A stretch of DNA of 64,000 nt from Octopus sinensis (GCF_006345805.1 NC_043006.1:23684001-23748000), one strand, 5' to 3'. Positions 25,875 through 40,755 are shown, counted from the stretch's first letter. Program-made: numbers and translations. The notes: generated by a model not told the origin, from the letters alone.

Positions 25875-26762
25875 ATATATTTGATAAGCATAACAAATGC
25901 GCAACCGGTAAAAAGAACTTTCACCTAATTAAATTACTTAAATTACTTCAATTATTTGTCAGCATTTTCTTCATTTCCTTTTTTATATATCACCACTCGT
26001 GTTCGACATCTCCTTTTTTTAAATATATATATATTATATATATATATATGTACATGTTTGTGTGTCTGTATTTGTCCCCCACACCATCACTTGACAACCG
26101 ATATTTGTGTGCTTATGTCCCTGTAACTTATCGGTTCGGCAAAAGAGACCGATAGAATAAGTACTAGGCTTACAAAGAATAAGTCATGGGGTCGATTTGC
26201 TCAACTAAAGGTGGTGCTCCAGTATGGCCACAGTCAAATGACTGAAACAAATAAAAGAATTAAAGAATATACATACACACGTGGATGCTGATGACAACAA
26301 AAACGATATATGTGAAGAAACGGGATTAAGACAAACACACACACACACACACCATATATTAATCCTCATCTCAATAGTTTCCCAAAGTGTATTTGCTGAT
26401 AATGTTTAACTCTAGGACAGTGCAGCAGACCAATGACCGAATGCTGTCCAGCTGTCACCCATCCTATGTTTCCTATTTCAAGAGTCAGGTAGGGTTAGGG
26501 TTAATTTAAGAGTCAGCTAAGTTAGATGTTATTTCTAGCAAGCACAGCAACCACATAGAGGCTCCCCCTCTTTCTCTCTCTCTCAAGTAGGATTTGTAAA
26601 TAAAACCAGTTTCCTCTCAAATAGGATCTCATAAAATCATTTTCCCCAACAAATAAGCTTTGTTATTAAACACATTAATAATAATCAACACGGATATGGT
26701 TTTGTTTGTGTGAGTCTGTGTTGTGTACATGTATGTACATAAAGTATGTATGCAAATACATA

Positions 26763-26959
26763 CAAGGTGTCCGTAAATTATCTTTACAATTTGAAAAATT
26801 CAGAAACAAGGATGATTTAGCGAAATCTATTGGAAAAGATAGGCAAAGAAATGAAATTTTATTAGAGACATCAGAACATTTCCATGTGGGCCTCTTTGGC
26901 TGGACACGACACATCTAAACAAACTGTGGTAGTTGTAAAGATAATGTATGAACACCATG
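26763..26959. mobile_element. Tc1/mariner-type MITE (TA TSD)
   Basis: TA|CAAGGTGTCCGTAAATTATCTTTACAA .. TTGTAAAGATAATGTATGAACACCATG|TA; related copy at 50109-50285. Confidence 0.7.
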
Positions 26960-29220
26960 TATGTATGAATATATATAAATATAGATGTCTGTGTGTGTGC
27001 ATGTGTATCATCATCATTTAACATCCATTTTCCATGCTGGCATGGGTTGGATAGTTTGACGGGATCTGGCCAGGTCAGGCGCCACACCAAGTTCTACTGT
27101 CTGTTTTGACATGGTTTCTACAGATATTCTTTTATTCTTTCACTTGTTTCGGTTGAGTGAGGCCATGCTGGAGCAGCACCTTTTAGTCGAAGGAATCAAC
27201 CCTTGGACATTCTTTGTAAGCCTGGGGTTTATTCTATTGGCCTCTTCTGCTGAACCACTAAGTTACAGGGACATAAACACACTAACATCGGTTGTCAAGC
27301 GATGGGGGGGGGGACACAAACACACACACAAACATAAATATTTACGTACATGTACAGGCTTCTTTCAGTTTCCGTCTACAAAATCCACTCACAAGGCTTT
27401 GGTCAGCTCAAAGCTATAGTAGAACACACTTGCCTAAGGTGCCATGCAGTGGGACTGAACCCAGAACCATGTGGTTGGGAAACAAGCCTCTTACCACACA
27501 GACATGCCTGCATATATATATATATATACACACACACATATATATATACATATATATATACACATATATATATACATACACACATATATATAGTATGTGT
27601 TTATATATGTATGAGAGAGAGTGTGTGTGTGTGTGTGTGTACGTGAGGCTATGCATGTAGTTGTGTGTGAAACAGGCAAGTAAGTTTTGTTCCTATTGGT
27701 AAGATTATAGGAGTGTTCATACCTGTGTGTGTGTGTGGTGTGTGTCGCATAATGCATGTGCATAAAGTGTAATTGCAATAGGAATGTGAAAGAAAACTGA
27801 CGATGACCCAAGCAGCAAGGAAAGGAATTTGTAAGACGTTCAAACTATTTCTCCCTCTCTCTCGCACACACACACAAATATGCATGGAAAATCCTGGAAT
27901 TCCATGGTTAACCGACTAGACAGGAAGGGAGGAAGGGAAGGCAACATAAACGAGGGTGGGTGCTGAGAGAGATACATAATCAACCGATGATGATGATGAT
28001 GATAATGATGGAATTAGTGGGTGAGGAAAAGAAAAGTAATATTCTTCAAGAGGGGACATTTCCCCAGGGAATAAAGAGCATCCCTTGAATCTGATATTAA
28101 CCCTTATTCTTCACTGGATCGAGAAGATGGCGAAGGGGGTGATGATGATGGGGATGATGGAGATGGAAGTAGTGGTGGAGGGGCAGAGGAAGTGCAGGGG
28201 TGGTGAAGGAGTAGAGGTGGGAAAGTGGTGTTGGTGGTGGTGAAGAGGGAAGAATGTATGGAACAAGAAGAGGATCAAGTGATGGCATGACACAGGAAAG
28301 ATGATGATGATGATGATGATGATGATGGGTGGGAGGATATTACGAAATATGGTGATGGTGATGGCAGTGGGAACATTGAGGGTAAGGTATGATATGGGAT
28401 GAGCAGATGGTGGTGTGTAGCATGAGATGATGATGATGATGATGAAGATAATGTTGTTAAACGAGGTGAGGGGGGAAGAGATAATGAAAATCATGGTTGA
28501 CAGCAGAAGCAAAAGAATGTGAATCTTTGCAAAAGTGGGGGTGACATTTGTTTTCATCCACCCACCTCCCTCCCCCATATACACCTTATACTACAAGATT
28601 CAACTACAGTAAAAAAAAAAATAATAACCCACCCCAGGAGGGGTGGGGTAACAAATTCTACTTCCCAGAATTTTGAGTACAAACTCCAAAACTCAGTCTT
28701 TGTTGACAATATTAGGAATGGAAGGGGTTAGGCATCATCCATTATATCAACCCCACCCACCCACTTCAGGATTTTGTCTGGCACTTTGCCAAGCCCAGAA
28801 GAATGCCATGCAAAGTTGACCTTGTTGGGGAGTTGAGGACTTGAACTTAATCTATTGGTCTCTTTTGCTAAGTTTTGAGGATGTCAAACAACCAGCACCA
28901 GCTTCCAGATAATTTCTGCTTATGAAATTCCCTCACCAAGCACTAGTCACCCTGGGGCCATAGTAGAGGACACTTGCTCATAATGGGCCAGAACCTAAGA
29001 CCACACTGGTGGGAAGCAAGCTTCTTAAAATCACAGCCATATATATATATATATATATATATATGCAGGCATGGCTGTGTAGTAAGAAGCTTGCTTCCCA
29101 ACAACATGGTTACAGGTTCAGTCCCTCTGTGTGACACCTTGGGCAAGTGTCTTCTACTATATTGTATTCCTTTTTATATACGTATGGCGATGTACGGACA
29201 CTTTGGTCTCTTGTATGTAA

Positions 29221-29270
<50 letters not shown>

Positions 29271-31213
29271 ACACACACACACACATAACATATTTGAGGG
29301 CCTAGAAGACACACCTTTTTTTACCCCAAAATGGCTTTAAAAATCCCCCTGCGTCCAATGCACTCAATGTAGGCTCAAAACGGTATGTATGTTTACAAAA
29401 CATGTGCTGCCATCTATTGGTGAACAATTGCCTATGGTATGTTTACATCGAATGTGGATGCAATAAATTGCTTATAATTACCGGTAACAATAAAGTTATA
29501 CAGGTAAGTGGAGGAATTAATACATTATTTTAGTGGTAATTTATCTTACAAAAATATAGCCTAGGCTAAGGTACATCCTATACACTCATGCATCTTATGG
29601 TCCATCAAATACAGTATTATATATAATAACTATATCATATCATAATAATATTTATTCTCCTATTATACTATGAGCCTTCCATAGTAGCGTTCTCTCCATA
29701 ACTTGCAAAGCCTTTCAGGGTTGTTTATAAAATTATCATATATATATACATACATACATACGCAAATACACTTGCTGACATGTATGTATATATACATCGT
29801 TACATAGTTATTGATTCACTAAAAATATCAACTAAGTCTCTCTCAAATCACACCCAACTGCTTTAAAGCAAATGAAAGGAAGAACATTGCATAATTTGAG
29901 ATAAAGAGTATCTGAAAGGTGAGGTGGTCATGGTTAGAATGTCTTTGGATGTAGATGTACTGGAAGTGAGTTGGCCTGGGGTTAAACAATAACAGTTACA
30001 TGCATGTCTACAAACACACACAGTTGTAAATGTAAACAGACACAACACAACACACACATCTCTGCTAGAAATAGCAGTCAAATCTCCCTTAAATACATTA
30101 GTTGATGTGATCCTTAAAAATTTTTTTTTTTAATGGGAATAGATTCTGTAGTCAAGGCTGAAATGGCCCTAGTCCAACAAGGGAGCTTCTATGCAGTCAA
30201 TCAACCCAGTAGAAATAGCAGCCAATCCAGCCTCAAAACACATCCTACCATCTTAAAACCAAAAGTAAAGAAGGACACATCAGACACTGTAAGATTGGAG
30301 TAGGGAAAGAAACATGACAGGATGGTCAAATGTGTCCCCATCAGTTCTGACCTGGGGTTAAGCAACAAAGAATCCAAATAAACACAACACACACATGCGT
30401 AACTGATCAATGTAAACAAACTTCTATCTGCTCCCTGAAAGACACTGGACCCTAATACACTACTTCCAATCCCTTTTTATTTTTTAAGGGGACTCACATA
30501 TTAAGGACACTGCAACCTTAAAAACCCAAACAAACCTTATCTTTTTAAGGATCTTAACATACAGAAGACAGGGGCTGCTGATATCAGCATCACCAAGGCC
30601 ATGACCACCACCACAACAACAATAACAGCACTGAGACACCATCACCATCATTAGAAGATTGTTCTACTTGATTGCCCAAGCTGCAAGAAATAGCAGCCAA
30701 ATCTCTCCCAAATTACACACCCGGCCGGCTTTTACAACAAAAGGTAGAGACACATTGGAATCAGATAATGTTGTTTTATAGACACTTATAAAGGACAGGA
30801 TGGCCAGGTGTTGGAATGGCTTTGATCACAAGTCTGCTGGAGTAAGTCTAACCCAGGGCTGTAAATAACAACTACAACAACAACAATAGTGGATAGAAAG
30901 AAGAAAATGTCATCAAAAATGTAAAAGAAATGTTACCATTAACAAAGATATTATCCTCAGGAACCCAGCATGAGCAGAGATTGTGTTGTAGAAGGAGGAA
31001 TAGTAGTAGTAGAAGTAGTAGTGGTAGTAGTAGCAGAAGTGGAAGGGACAGCCTGGTAGAGGGACAGGGACAGGCTGAGAGAGAGAGAGAGAGAAAGACA
31101 GAGACAGACTGAGAGAGAGAGAGAGTTCATAAAGTCAGCATAGTCAAGAGGGTGTGGCAGTCATAGAGACAGAGTAGAGAATTAGTACTGAAGAGAGTTA
31201 CAGAGTCGAATCA

Positions 31214-31245
<32 letters not shown>

Positions 31246-33724
31246 AGAGAAAGAAGGGAAGATACAATATGAATTAAGAGAAAGTCTTGACAGAGATACA
31301 CAACAATACAACAAACACAAAGGGCGAAGAGGAAGAGAAACTGAGTGATGCAGCAGCCTAGAATGATGGGGAGCAGCAAGAGGACACAGGCACACACACA
31401 GATGTAATCATTAAGAATTCAGCAGGCATCCCTTTCCTAAGGAAGGGATGCAGTTTCAATCACACACCCACTGTGTATAGGTGTGTGTGTGTGTATGTAT
31501 GTGTATATACATATATATATAATATAAATATACATGCACCCAGACACATTTACTAAAACTTGCCCCTCCTGTGTTTTCATTTTGAAATCATATATTTTGT
31601 ATACACACACACACCACACACACACAGACTGTAATAGCAAGATTTATACACCCACTTTATAAAAGGATATGAAGCTGGGTGAGGGAAAGACTCATTCACT
31701 TTCCCTCTGTCTCTCTCTCACACACACACACACACAATGAACAGATGATGATGATGATGATGATGAGTAGGAGGAGAGAGGGAGAGGAAGTGATAGGATA
31801 TGGGGGGGGAGTCTCCAGAAATAGAAAAAAAAAGATGACAGGAGGGCAAGTGCGGGGAGCAGTGTCATTGTCATAATCAAGTGACACATCTCAATGAAAA
31901 AAACACTAAAAATCAATAAATTAAACAAGAAACATATGGTCTTGTATATAACACCACCACCACCACCACCATCCCTGTGTCAATGAGAGAGCTTATACAT
32001 GGTCGTCCAATATCCTAGAAATAGCAGCCAAATCTTTTCTATATCTTGTGTTGCTGGCTTAAATAGAGAACAGTGTGGATTACGTAATCGTACAAGAATG
32101 GAATGACCATAGCTGAAATGCCAGTGATCATGGATCGGCTCAATCAGAGCAGACCTGGGGTTATACAATAACAACAACAACCCATTCAACAACAATAATC
32201 CATTGGGGCGCTTGTGAAAATTATATAGAACTATATAGGTGCAGCAGTGGCTGTATAGTAAGGCGCTTGCTTCCCAACCACATGGTTCTGGGTTCAATCC
32301 CACTGCGTGAGACTTTGGGCATGTGCCTTCCGTTACAGACTCAAGTCTTGGGAGTGCATTTGGAGATGGAAACCGAAAGAAGCCCATCACGTGTGTGTGT
32401 ATTTGTGTGTGACCACCACATGACAACTGGTGTTGGTGTGTTTATGTCCCCTTAACTTAGCAGTTCGACAAAACAGTTCAACAGAATAAGTAGCAGGCTT
32501 TTTTTTAAAAACAATAAAAAAAGCAGTGAGGTTGATTCATTTGACTAACTACTACTACTGCTACTACTACTACTAGCATAGCTACTACCCCAGATTCAAA
32601 CACCACTAACATCTTCATTCCAAACAGGACCTTCCCACCTGAAACGCTCCCCACCCAACCACTAGACAAGATCACCACCACCATGAAAGCCTCCAACACC
32701 TCCCCTTCCCCCTCCCCCACCACCTCACCTCCCACCACCTCCACCCCCCACCACCATTTATTGATGCCAGGAAGTGTTATGCCAAATCTGTTCCTTTTTT
32801 TTCTTTCAAAGTTATTGGCAATCACTGTAGAAAGGAAGAGGACAATAAAGAGAGGAAAAAGGGGAGAGGGGGAGATGGAGGAGGGAGTGAGGGGTAGTGA
32901 AAGAAAGGAAGAGGAGAGAGCGAAAGTGTGGAGAAAGGAAGGGAGCCGTAGGGAACAGGAGGGAATGAGGAGTGAGGGGTGGGCGAATAAGGAAACACTT
33001 CCCCCATCAATAAACCTCTCCTTCCCCCTAGCCGGAACAGTGTGGGAAGGTGGGGTGAGGGTGAGGGTGCTGGTGAGCTGCTGATGTTGCTGCTGATGCT
33101 GCAGTTTCATCGGGTGGAGGGGTGGGGGGTCTCAGTCTTTGGATTTGTGTATGACAGGAAAGGGAGTCGTTATGACACAACTATGACACATTAATTAACT
33201 TGACCCCTGATTGATCTTTAATCTTTTGTTTCAGTCACTGGACTGTGGCCATGCTGGGGCACCGCCCGGAAGCGTTTTAGTCAAACAAATGGACTTCAGT
33301 GATTTTCTTTCTTCAATTTCTTTTAACTCGGCCACTTATTCTATCAGTCTCTTGTGACAGAGGATGAAAACAAACCAACACTGGATGTAAAGTGGTGGTG
33401 GGGGGGTCAAACAAAGGACACACACACACACACATGCCCTTTAGAGAGAATTTAATAGACAGAAACTGTGTGAAGCCCATCGTGTGTGTGTATTCATGGT
33501 CTTTGTTTGACTTCCACCACTGCTTCACAACCAATGTTGGTGTGTTTATGTCCTCGTAACTTAGTGGTTCAGCAAAGGTGATCAATAAAATAAGTACCAG
33601 TCTAAAGATTAAGTTTCTGAGAATTTAGCCACCACCACCCATTTGCACCATTTACACACAAACACACACACATGCATCTACATATACATACGTTGTCTTT
33701 TTGACTTAATTGAACTTGTAGTTT

Positions 33725-33755
<31 letters not shown>

Positions 33756-34778
33756 CCACCACTTAAGATCTGCTTTCCATGCTCATATGGGTTGGATGGT
33801 TTGACTGAAAACTGGTAAGCTGCACCAGATTCCAATCTGACTTGGGAAACTTCCTACAGCTGGATGCCCTTCCTAACACCAATCACTCTGAGAGTGTAGT
33901 GGGTGTTTATTTAGATGCCACTGGCATGGGTGCCATTGACCTGACACCGGCATCAACCACGACCACGGTCTCATTTGGCTTGACAGGTCTACACAAGCAC
34001 AGCATATCACCAAGGGTCTTGGTCACCTGTCACTGCTTCCATGAGGCCCAACACTCGAATGGTGATTTTTATATACCACCAGCACAGGTGCCAGTCAGAT
34101 GGCACTGGCATTGGCCACAACTATGATTTCACTCAGCTCAAAAGGTCTTCACAAGAACAGCATATCGTCCAACGTTTGAAGGGTGCTTTTTATGTGCCAG
34201 TTATGCGACACGGACATCAGCTATGACTATGATTTCACTTCACTTGATTTCTCTTCTCAAGCACGGCATATCTCCAAAGGTCTCAGTCACTTGTCATTGC
34301 CTCCTTGAGGCCCAACATTCAAAGATCATGCTTCACCACCACATCCCATGTCTTCCTGGGTCTACCTCTTCCACAGGTTCCCTCCACCGACACTTCTTCA
34401 CACAGCTGTCCTCGTCCATACATATCACATGACCATACCAACACAGATGATGATGATGATGATGATGGGCTCTCCCACTGAACATGATGTATGAGCATTC
34501 AGCTTCTGGCCAACGACCTGCACAGACGATTTGTTCATAATGTCCAAAAGTATGTGCAGCACATTAGCTCAGTCCTTCCATCAAATCGACGCTGCCTCAA
34601 CAGATGAATGTACCAGATATCAGGCATCACAATGCTCAGAGAACAATGTGAGATGAAGCTTCTTGCTCAAGAACACAACACACCACCTGGTCCAGGAACT
34701 GAAACCGCGATCTCATGATCGTGAGTGCAATACCCTAACCACTAGACCATATGTCCTTCAAATAATAATAAAAATAAA

Positions 34779-35322
34779 TGCCCTGATGCAGTACCAAGCA
34801 GTGGCTCCCCATGGCTTCTGATCTTAACTGATTGGAAGTGTTATCATGTACATCGTTTTGTCATGGTATTAAAAAGATGGGCTAGAGCAAATATTCTGCT
34901 CAATACCACAGATTTGATTATCAGTTATCTGACCGTAACCAATTGAGCATGTCCCTGAGTGGCTGACAATATGTGCATCTCTGATCATAAGCAGAAGTAG
35001 TGGGAGAGCATCATAGCCATGTGTTGAGAGGAATTCTTTGGAGTTTGAATAATTCACCTTTGGAAACATGGGTATCTTGTTCAACATCCTTAAACAATCC
35101 TTGTTCAAGGACCTCTTGAGTGAAATGGGCTACTCAACTGATGAAAATTCCAACTGGGCCATGTGCTGTTTATCTTGATATGAGATCACCTTGTCACACA
35201 CATGTGGTTGTGATGCATATATCTGGTGTACCCTTATCAGATGGGTAGTCATGATGGGTATACTGGGCTTCGTATATTTTTACCCCAGTGTCACTTTGGT
35301 GGCATATGCTGCTCTCTCACTC
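34779..35322. mobile_element. ~550 bp dispersed repeat embedded in (AAT)n, copy 1
   Basis: Colinear and highly similar to 58886-59439 (TGCCCTGATGCAGTACC..CTCTCTCACTC). Confidence 0.8.
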
Positions 35323-35599
35323 AATAATAATAAGAAGAAGAATAATAAAGATTTCAAATTTTGGCACAAGGCCAGCAATTTCGGGGGAAGTAGGGGAAGT
35401 CGATTACATCAGTCCCAATCTTCAACTGGTACTTATTTCATCGACCCCAAAAGGTAGAAAAGCAAATTTGACTTCGGGCTACATTTGAACTCAGGGTGTG
35501 TAGTCGGAAAAAATGCTGCTAAGCATGTAGCCCAGTGCAATAACAACCTTGCCAGCTTGCAGTAGCAGCAGCAATAGTAGTATTAGTAGCAGCAATAGT

Positions 35600-35631
<32 letters not shown>

Positions 35632-36480
35632 CCTTGGAGACAAGGTGATCATAAATACATACAGATATTGCTAAATGTGTTCTGTAATATATGACCTTTG
35701 CCCTCTGCTCACCCCACATTTCATCATATTTTAAAACATTAAAATGACCTTTATACAGGTGAAGATACATAAAATATGTTTTCCATTTTTACTACAAGAA
35801 GAAAGAAGTACAAAAAAGTAGAAATATTCGAACTGGATGTTTTCATAACCATTGTCTTCGAATGAGGCTACGGCAGAGGAATGTCAGATAAAAACAGCTG
35901 AAATTATCCCAAACATACATTGGTAAACATATACAGTATTTCGAATATCAAGAATACCAAGTGGACCTCAATGGTATTTGAACTCAGGATGCAAAGAGCC
36001 CTCTGCTACAAAGATCACCCACTACACTCTCAGAGTGGTTGGCGTTAGGAAGGGCATCCAGCTGTAGAAACATTGCCAGATCAGATTGAAAGCCTGGTGC
36101 AGCCTCCTGGCTTGCCAGTCCCCAGTCAAACTATCCAACCCATGCCAGCATGGAAAGCGGATGTATGATGAAGATGACTATAGGCACAAGGCCTGAAATT
36201 TTGGAAGAAGGATCTGGTCGATTATATCACCCCTAGTGATCAACTCATACTTGTTTTATCAATCCCAAAAGGATGAAAGCTAAGTCAGCCCTGGCAGAAT
36301 TTGAACGCCAAATGTAAAGAGTTAGAAGAACTACCACTAAGCACTTTTTCCAATGCTCTAAGGGTTTAACGAGCTTACCACCTTACTAATTATTTCTTTT
36401 ATAGGCACAAGGCTTGAAATTTGAGGGGAGGGGGCAAGTGGATGGCAGTGCTTCAGTGGTTCTTATTTCACTGAGTCATA

Positions 36481-36680
36481 GAGGTAAAGTGGCTGAGTTC
36501 CTTTTAAGTGTTGGGCCTCACAGAGGCAAAGTGGCTGAGTTCCTTATGAGCATTGGGCCTCATGGAGGTAAAGTGGATGGGTTCCTTTCAAGCATTGGGT
36601 CTCACGGAGGTAAAATGGCTGAGTTCCTTTCAAGCATTGGGCTTGTGGAGGAAAAGTGGCAAGTGTTGGGCCTCACAGAA
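36481..36680 (+). repeat. 42 bp minisatellite (~4.5 units) expanded inside a family C retroposon
   Basis: Unit GAGGTAAAGTGGCTGAGTTCCTTTTAAGTGTTGGGCCTCACA, contiguous and without spacers. Confidence 0.85.
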
Positions 36681-36991
36681 GCAATGACCAAAACCTATGG
36701 CATTAAATCACGCTAGGGAAGAAAACCCATCAAGCCGAGCAAAATCACAGTCGTGGCAGATAGCGGTGTCACGCAAATTGGCACCCATGCCGGTGACACA
36801 TAAAGGCACCCCGGTGTCGTGCAAATGGCACCCATGCCAGTGTCATGTGGAAGCACCCATTACACTCTCAAAGAGGAAGGGCATCCAGCCACGGAAACCA
36901 TACCAAATTAGACTGGAGTCTGATGCAGCCTTCCAGCATGCCAGCCTGATCAAACCATCCAACCCATGCCAGCATGGACAACAGACGTTAA

Positions 36992-37023
<32 letters not shown>

Positions 37024-37361
37024 AGGCAAAGTCAACCATCGTGGAATTTGAACTCAAAATGCCACTGAGTATTTCGTCCAGTATGTTAACAATTCCGCCA
37101 GCTCACCACCTCCCCCTCTCCACCAATACTAACAAGGAAGTTTGGTAGAGACAGCCGGCGCCTCATGCATGCAAGTCCCTTTATTTTCCTCTCCACATTC
37201 CTCGATATTCTGACAGAAACACAAAAAGAAAGCCACTAGTCTTACATCTCTCTCTCTCCCCAACACCAAACTAAGGAAGCCTCAAAGACAGAAGTCAATA
37301 GGATTCATTGTGGAAACAAATCTGAAAACAATGTCACTGCTGCAGCTACTGCAACTGCATC

Positions 37362-37393
<32 letters not shown>

Positions 37394-37564
37394 CACCATC
37401 ATCATCACCACCATCATCACCATCGTCATTGTCATTTACCATCCATGTTTCATGCTGGAATGGGTTGCATAGTTTGACAGGATCCTAGCAGCCCACAGGC
37501 TGCATCCATACTCCAGTGTCTGCTTTGGCAGGGTTTCTACCCCTGGGTGACCTCCCTAATACCT

Positions 37565-37778
37565 ATTTCTTTATTACCCACAAGGGGACAAACAAGGACA
37601 AACATAGGTATTAAGTTGATTACATCGACCCCAGTGCGTAACTGGTACTTAATTTATCGACCCCGAAAGGATGAAAGGCAAAGTCGACCTCGGCGGAATT
37701 TGAACTCACAACGTAACGCAGACGAAATACCGCTAAGCATTTCGCCCGGCGTGCTAACGTTTCTGCCAGCTCGCCGCC
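37565..37778 (-). mobile_element. Young SINE family B copy
   Basis: Full length and retains many CpGs that other copies have lost. Confidence 0.8.
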
Positions 37779-38539
37779 CTAATACCAACCACTTAACAGA
37801 GTGGACTGGGTACTTATTTTGTGTCACCAACACAGGTAGCAAGGCTACAAACCCTGAGTGGGGAGGGAAACTTTATGCTAGGGGAAAGTTTTGAAAGAAA
37901 GGGTCAGGGCAGAACAGGAGCTACATACTTTATCTTTTACTCATTTCAGGCATTAGACTGCGACCACGCTGGAGCACCGCCCTATGGGATTTTCCATCAA
38001 ATGAATCAACCCCATTACATATTTTTTTAAAGCCTAGAACTTATTTTATCAGCCTCTTTGGCTGAACTTACGGGGACGTAAACAAACCAACACTGGTTGT
38101 CAAGTGGTGGGGTACAAACACAGACACAAAGACACACAGATACATGATGGGCTTCTTTGGTCAACCAAATCCACTCACAAGGCTATGGTCAGCCCAAGGC
38201 TATAGTGGAATACACGTGCCCAAGGGGCCATGCTGTAGAACGGAACCCAGAACCACGTGGTTGGGAGTCAAACATCTTACCACACATCCACACCTGTCCT
38301 ACGACTATATGACTACTCGTGCTTTTAGAAGAGAGGATGGAAACGACCAAGCCGGAGCAGAAAAGCAATAAAAGTGATAATTAGGTGTTGGCGGTGAACC
38401 CTAAAAGTTACAAGGTGGGTAGGAATGAGTGGGGTGAGGGAGCCATAAGGGAGTGGGTGGAATAGGAGGGGCACAATTGTGTGTATGGGAAGGAGCAACG
38501 ATGCTAATTGATAATCTTTAAATATTAAACAACAACAAC

Positions 38540-38620
38540 AAACCTGGGTTCTCATTCCTAAGGCAATTTTCACTGCAATTATTATTAATATTATTATTAA
38601 TATTATTATTAATATTATTA

Positions 38621-38659
<39 letters not shown>

Positions 38660-38861
38660 TCACTGCCTGGAATTGAACTTGGAATAATAACATTGAAAAT
38701 TAGCTTAGGAATGAGAACCCAGGTTCGAAATTTCCCCAAGACACCTGATTAAAGCTGGAGGGTATATCAGCCGAAACATGTAAACAACAAACAAGATTAG
38801 GACAAATATCTGTCAAATGTAAATAATGTAAATAATTCATCATCTCTTAAATATACAACTG
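38540..38861. mobile_element. Second, centrally deleted copy of the tRNA/hammerhead palindrome
   Basis: Same arms as 19218-19772; tRNA heads mostly missing; hammerhead core mutated to CTGATTA. Confidence 0.8.
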
Positions 38862-39113
38862 AACAACAACAAAAGAAAACAAGGAAACAAAGAAAACAAC
38901 ACATAAATACAAACTTAAAGTTGTCCCACCTGAACATTTCACAGGGAATCTCTGGATCTCCGAGAAGAAAATATCCTTGAAGTTTGGATTGAGGAGGAAA
39001 GAGACTAATTCAGCTGATGTGTTCAGTGCCATCTTTGTAAGTCTAAATGGTACTGGGATGTGTGGGTGTGGGTATGAAGGTACATGTGTATGGAGGGGTG
39101 GGCGTGCATATAC

Positions 39114-39155
<42 letters not shown>

Positions 39156-40691
39156 GGAGGTACGCATGTAAGAACTTCTCTCTCTCTCTCTCACCCACCC
39201 CCCCACACACACACACATTACAAAATAGAAAACTACAAAAACACATTCACACACACATACAAATACTCACAAACAAGCAGGCACACACACACACACACAC
39301 ACAGAGGCGTGCATGTACACAGTAACATTAAACATCTTCGACCTTTGTGTTTCCAAAACAGTGTTACTCTCAGGATGGACTCTGCTCTGTGAAACTATAA
39401 ACCGCCTTTGTTCACTTTTACCCCATATAACAATTTTGGAGGTGGTTGTCATGGTAACAAATGATTGCTATGATGATGATACCAGTACTAGTCGTGTTGG
39501 TAGTGGTGGTTATTGATTTAGCATTGGTCAGCTTAGTTCATAACGACCACCACCACTTTGAAGCCTATATCATTATTGTTGGCTCAGACAGGTCAACTTG
39601 CAAATCCAGTGTAACTTTAATATTTTTTTCTTGCTTCAGTTACTGGACTGCGGCCATGTTGGGGCATTGATTGGAAGGGTTTAGTCAAATACACTAACTG
39701 CAGTACATATTTTTTAAGCCTAATACACTGATGGAGTGGTTGGCGTTAGGAAGGGCATCCAGCCATAGAAACATTGCCAGATCAGACTGGGCCTGGTGCA
39801 GCCTTCTGGCTTCCCAGACCCCAGTTGAACCGTCCAACCCATGCTAGCATGGAAAGCGGACGCTAAACGATGATGATGATGATGATGAATACCTATTCTA
39901 TCAATCCCTTCCACCAAACCACTAATTAAATGGAACATAAACAAACCAACACCAGTTGTGAAGCGGTGGGAAGGAGATCCACACTCGTGTGCATGCGTGT
40001 AAACCAAAAGATCTGATGGTGCTAACATATCTACAGTATCCTACGAACACTCAATACCTACATGGTTGTTTTACCTCACTGTGAACCCTATGTTATTGTA
40101 CCTAGCCATTTCTGGCATTCTACATGTTGACATGGCTAGGTTCCATAGCAGGGATTGGGAAACCCCTACCTGCAGGTGCAATTTTATTTTGTATTGCACC
40201 CGCAGGCTGGTAACTTCGTATGTACAAAATATAGTAAATTTTTCAATTATAAAATTTATACAATACTTGTATGCCTATTTGCGCCATAGGTCGCGTTTCC
40301 ATTACAACTTAAAGCAGTTAGACTCGAACAGAAATCATCTGGTAATTGCCATTTGAATGGAGATTTTGTTTTCACTATAAAACACATATTGCTAGGTTTG
40401 TACCACCCCCTTTGAGACCCAGCTACACTATAGCTGAAAAACATAGAATATCTCATAGGTAATATAAACGTCCTAAATTCAGTGGCGGCATTAATGAAGA
40501 TGTTATGTGTTAAGTTTATGTCTTAAACTTATTTTTATTAAAGTGTATCAAATTATACATAGATATATGCAAGATTTACACAGATATAAGAATTAGAACT
40601 TCTGACCCACCCACAGTCCTTTTTCTTTGAAAATTTTTGCCCACCACACTAAGAAGTTTCTCCACCCTTGTTCTGTAGAATCCTATAACTA

Positions 40692-40755
<64 letters not shown>

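Noticed and set aside
25523-26155. 210 aa ORF with an internal repeat
   Set aside because: Read-through of a duplicated SINE fragment and TA arrays
26415-26488. Plus-strand exon TVQQTNDRMLSSCHPSYVSYFKSQ that would fit the phase of the 16.86 kb donor
   Set aside because: Runs into the common TTGGCTGCTATTTCTAGCA-type repeat seen elsewhere in the window, so probably a chance splice match
28097-28584. His/Pro/Ile-rich ORFs
   Set aside because: Degenerate (GAT)/(GGT) repeats
32505-33110. 201 aa and 133 aa ORFs
   Set aside because: Low-complexity purine/pyrimidine and trinucleotide sequence with no domain-like content
36481-36680. CRISPR-like array
   Set aside because: Units are contiguous with no unique spacers, there are no cas genes, and the context is eukaryotic
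40169-40206. 14 bp GC-rich hairpin as terminator or Helitron end
   Set aside because: No CTRR end or other support; probably internal to an unidentified repeat
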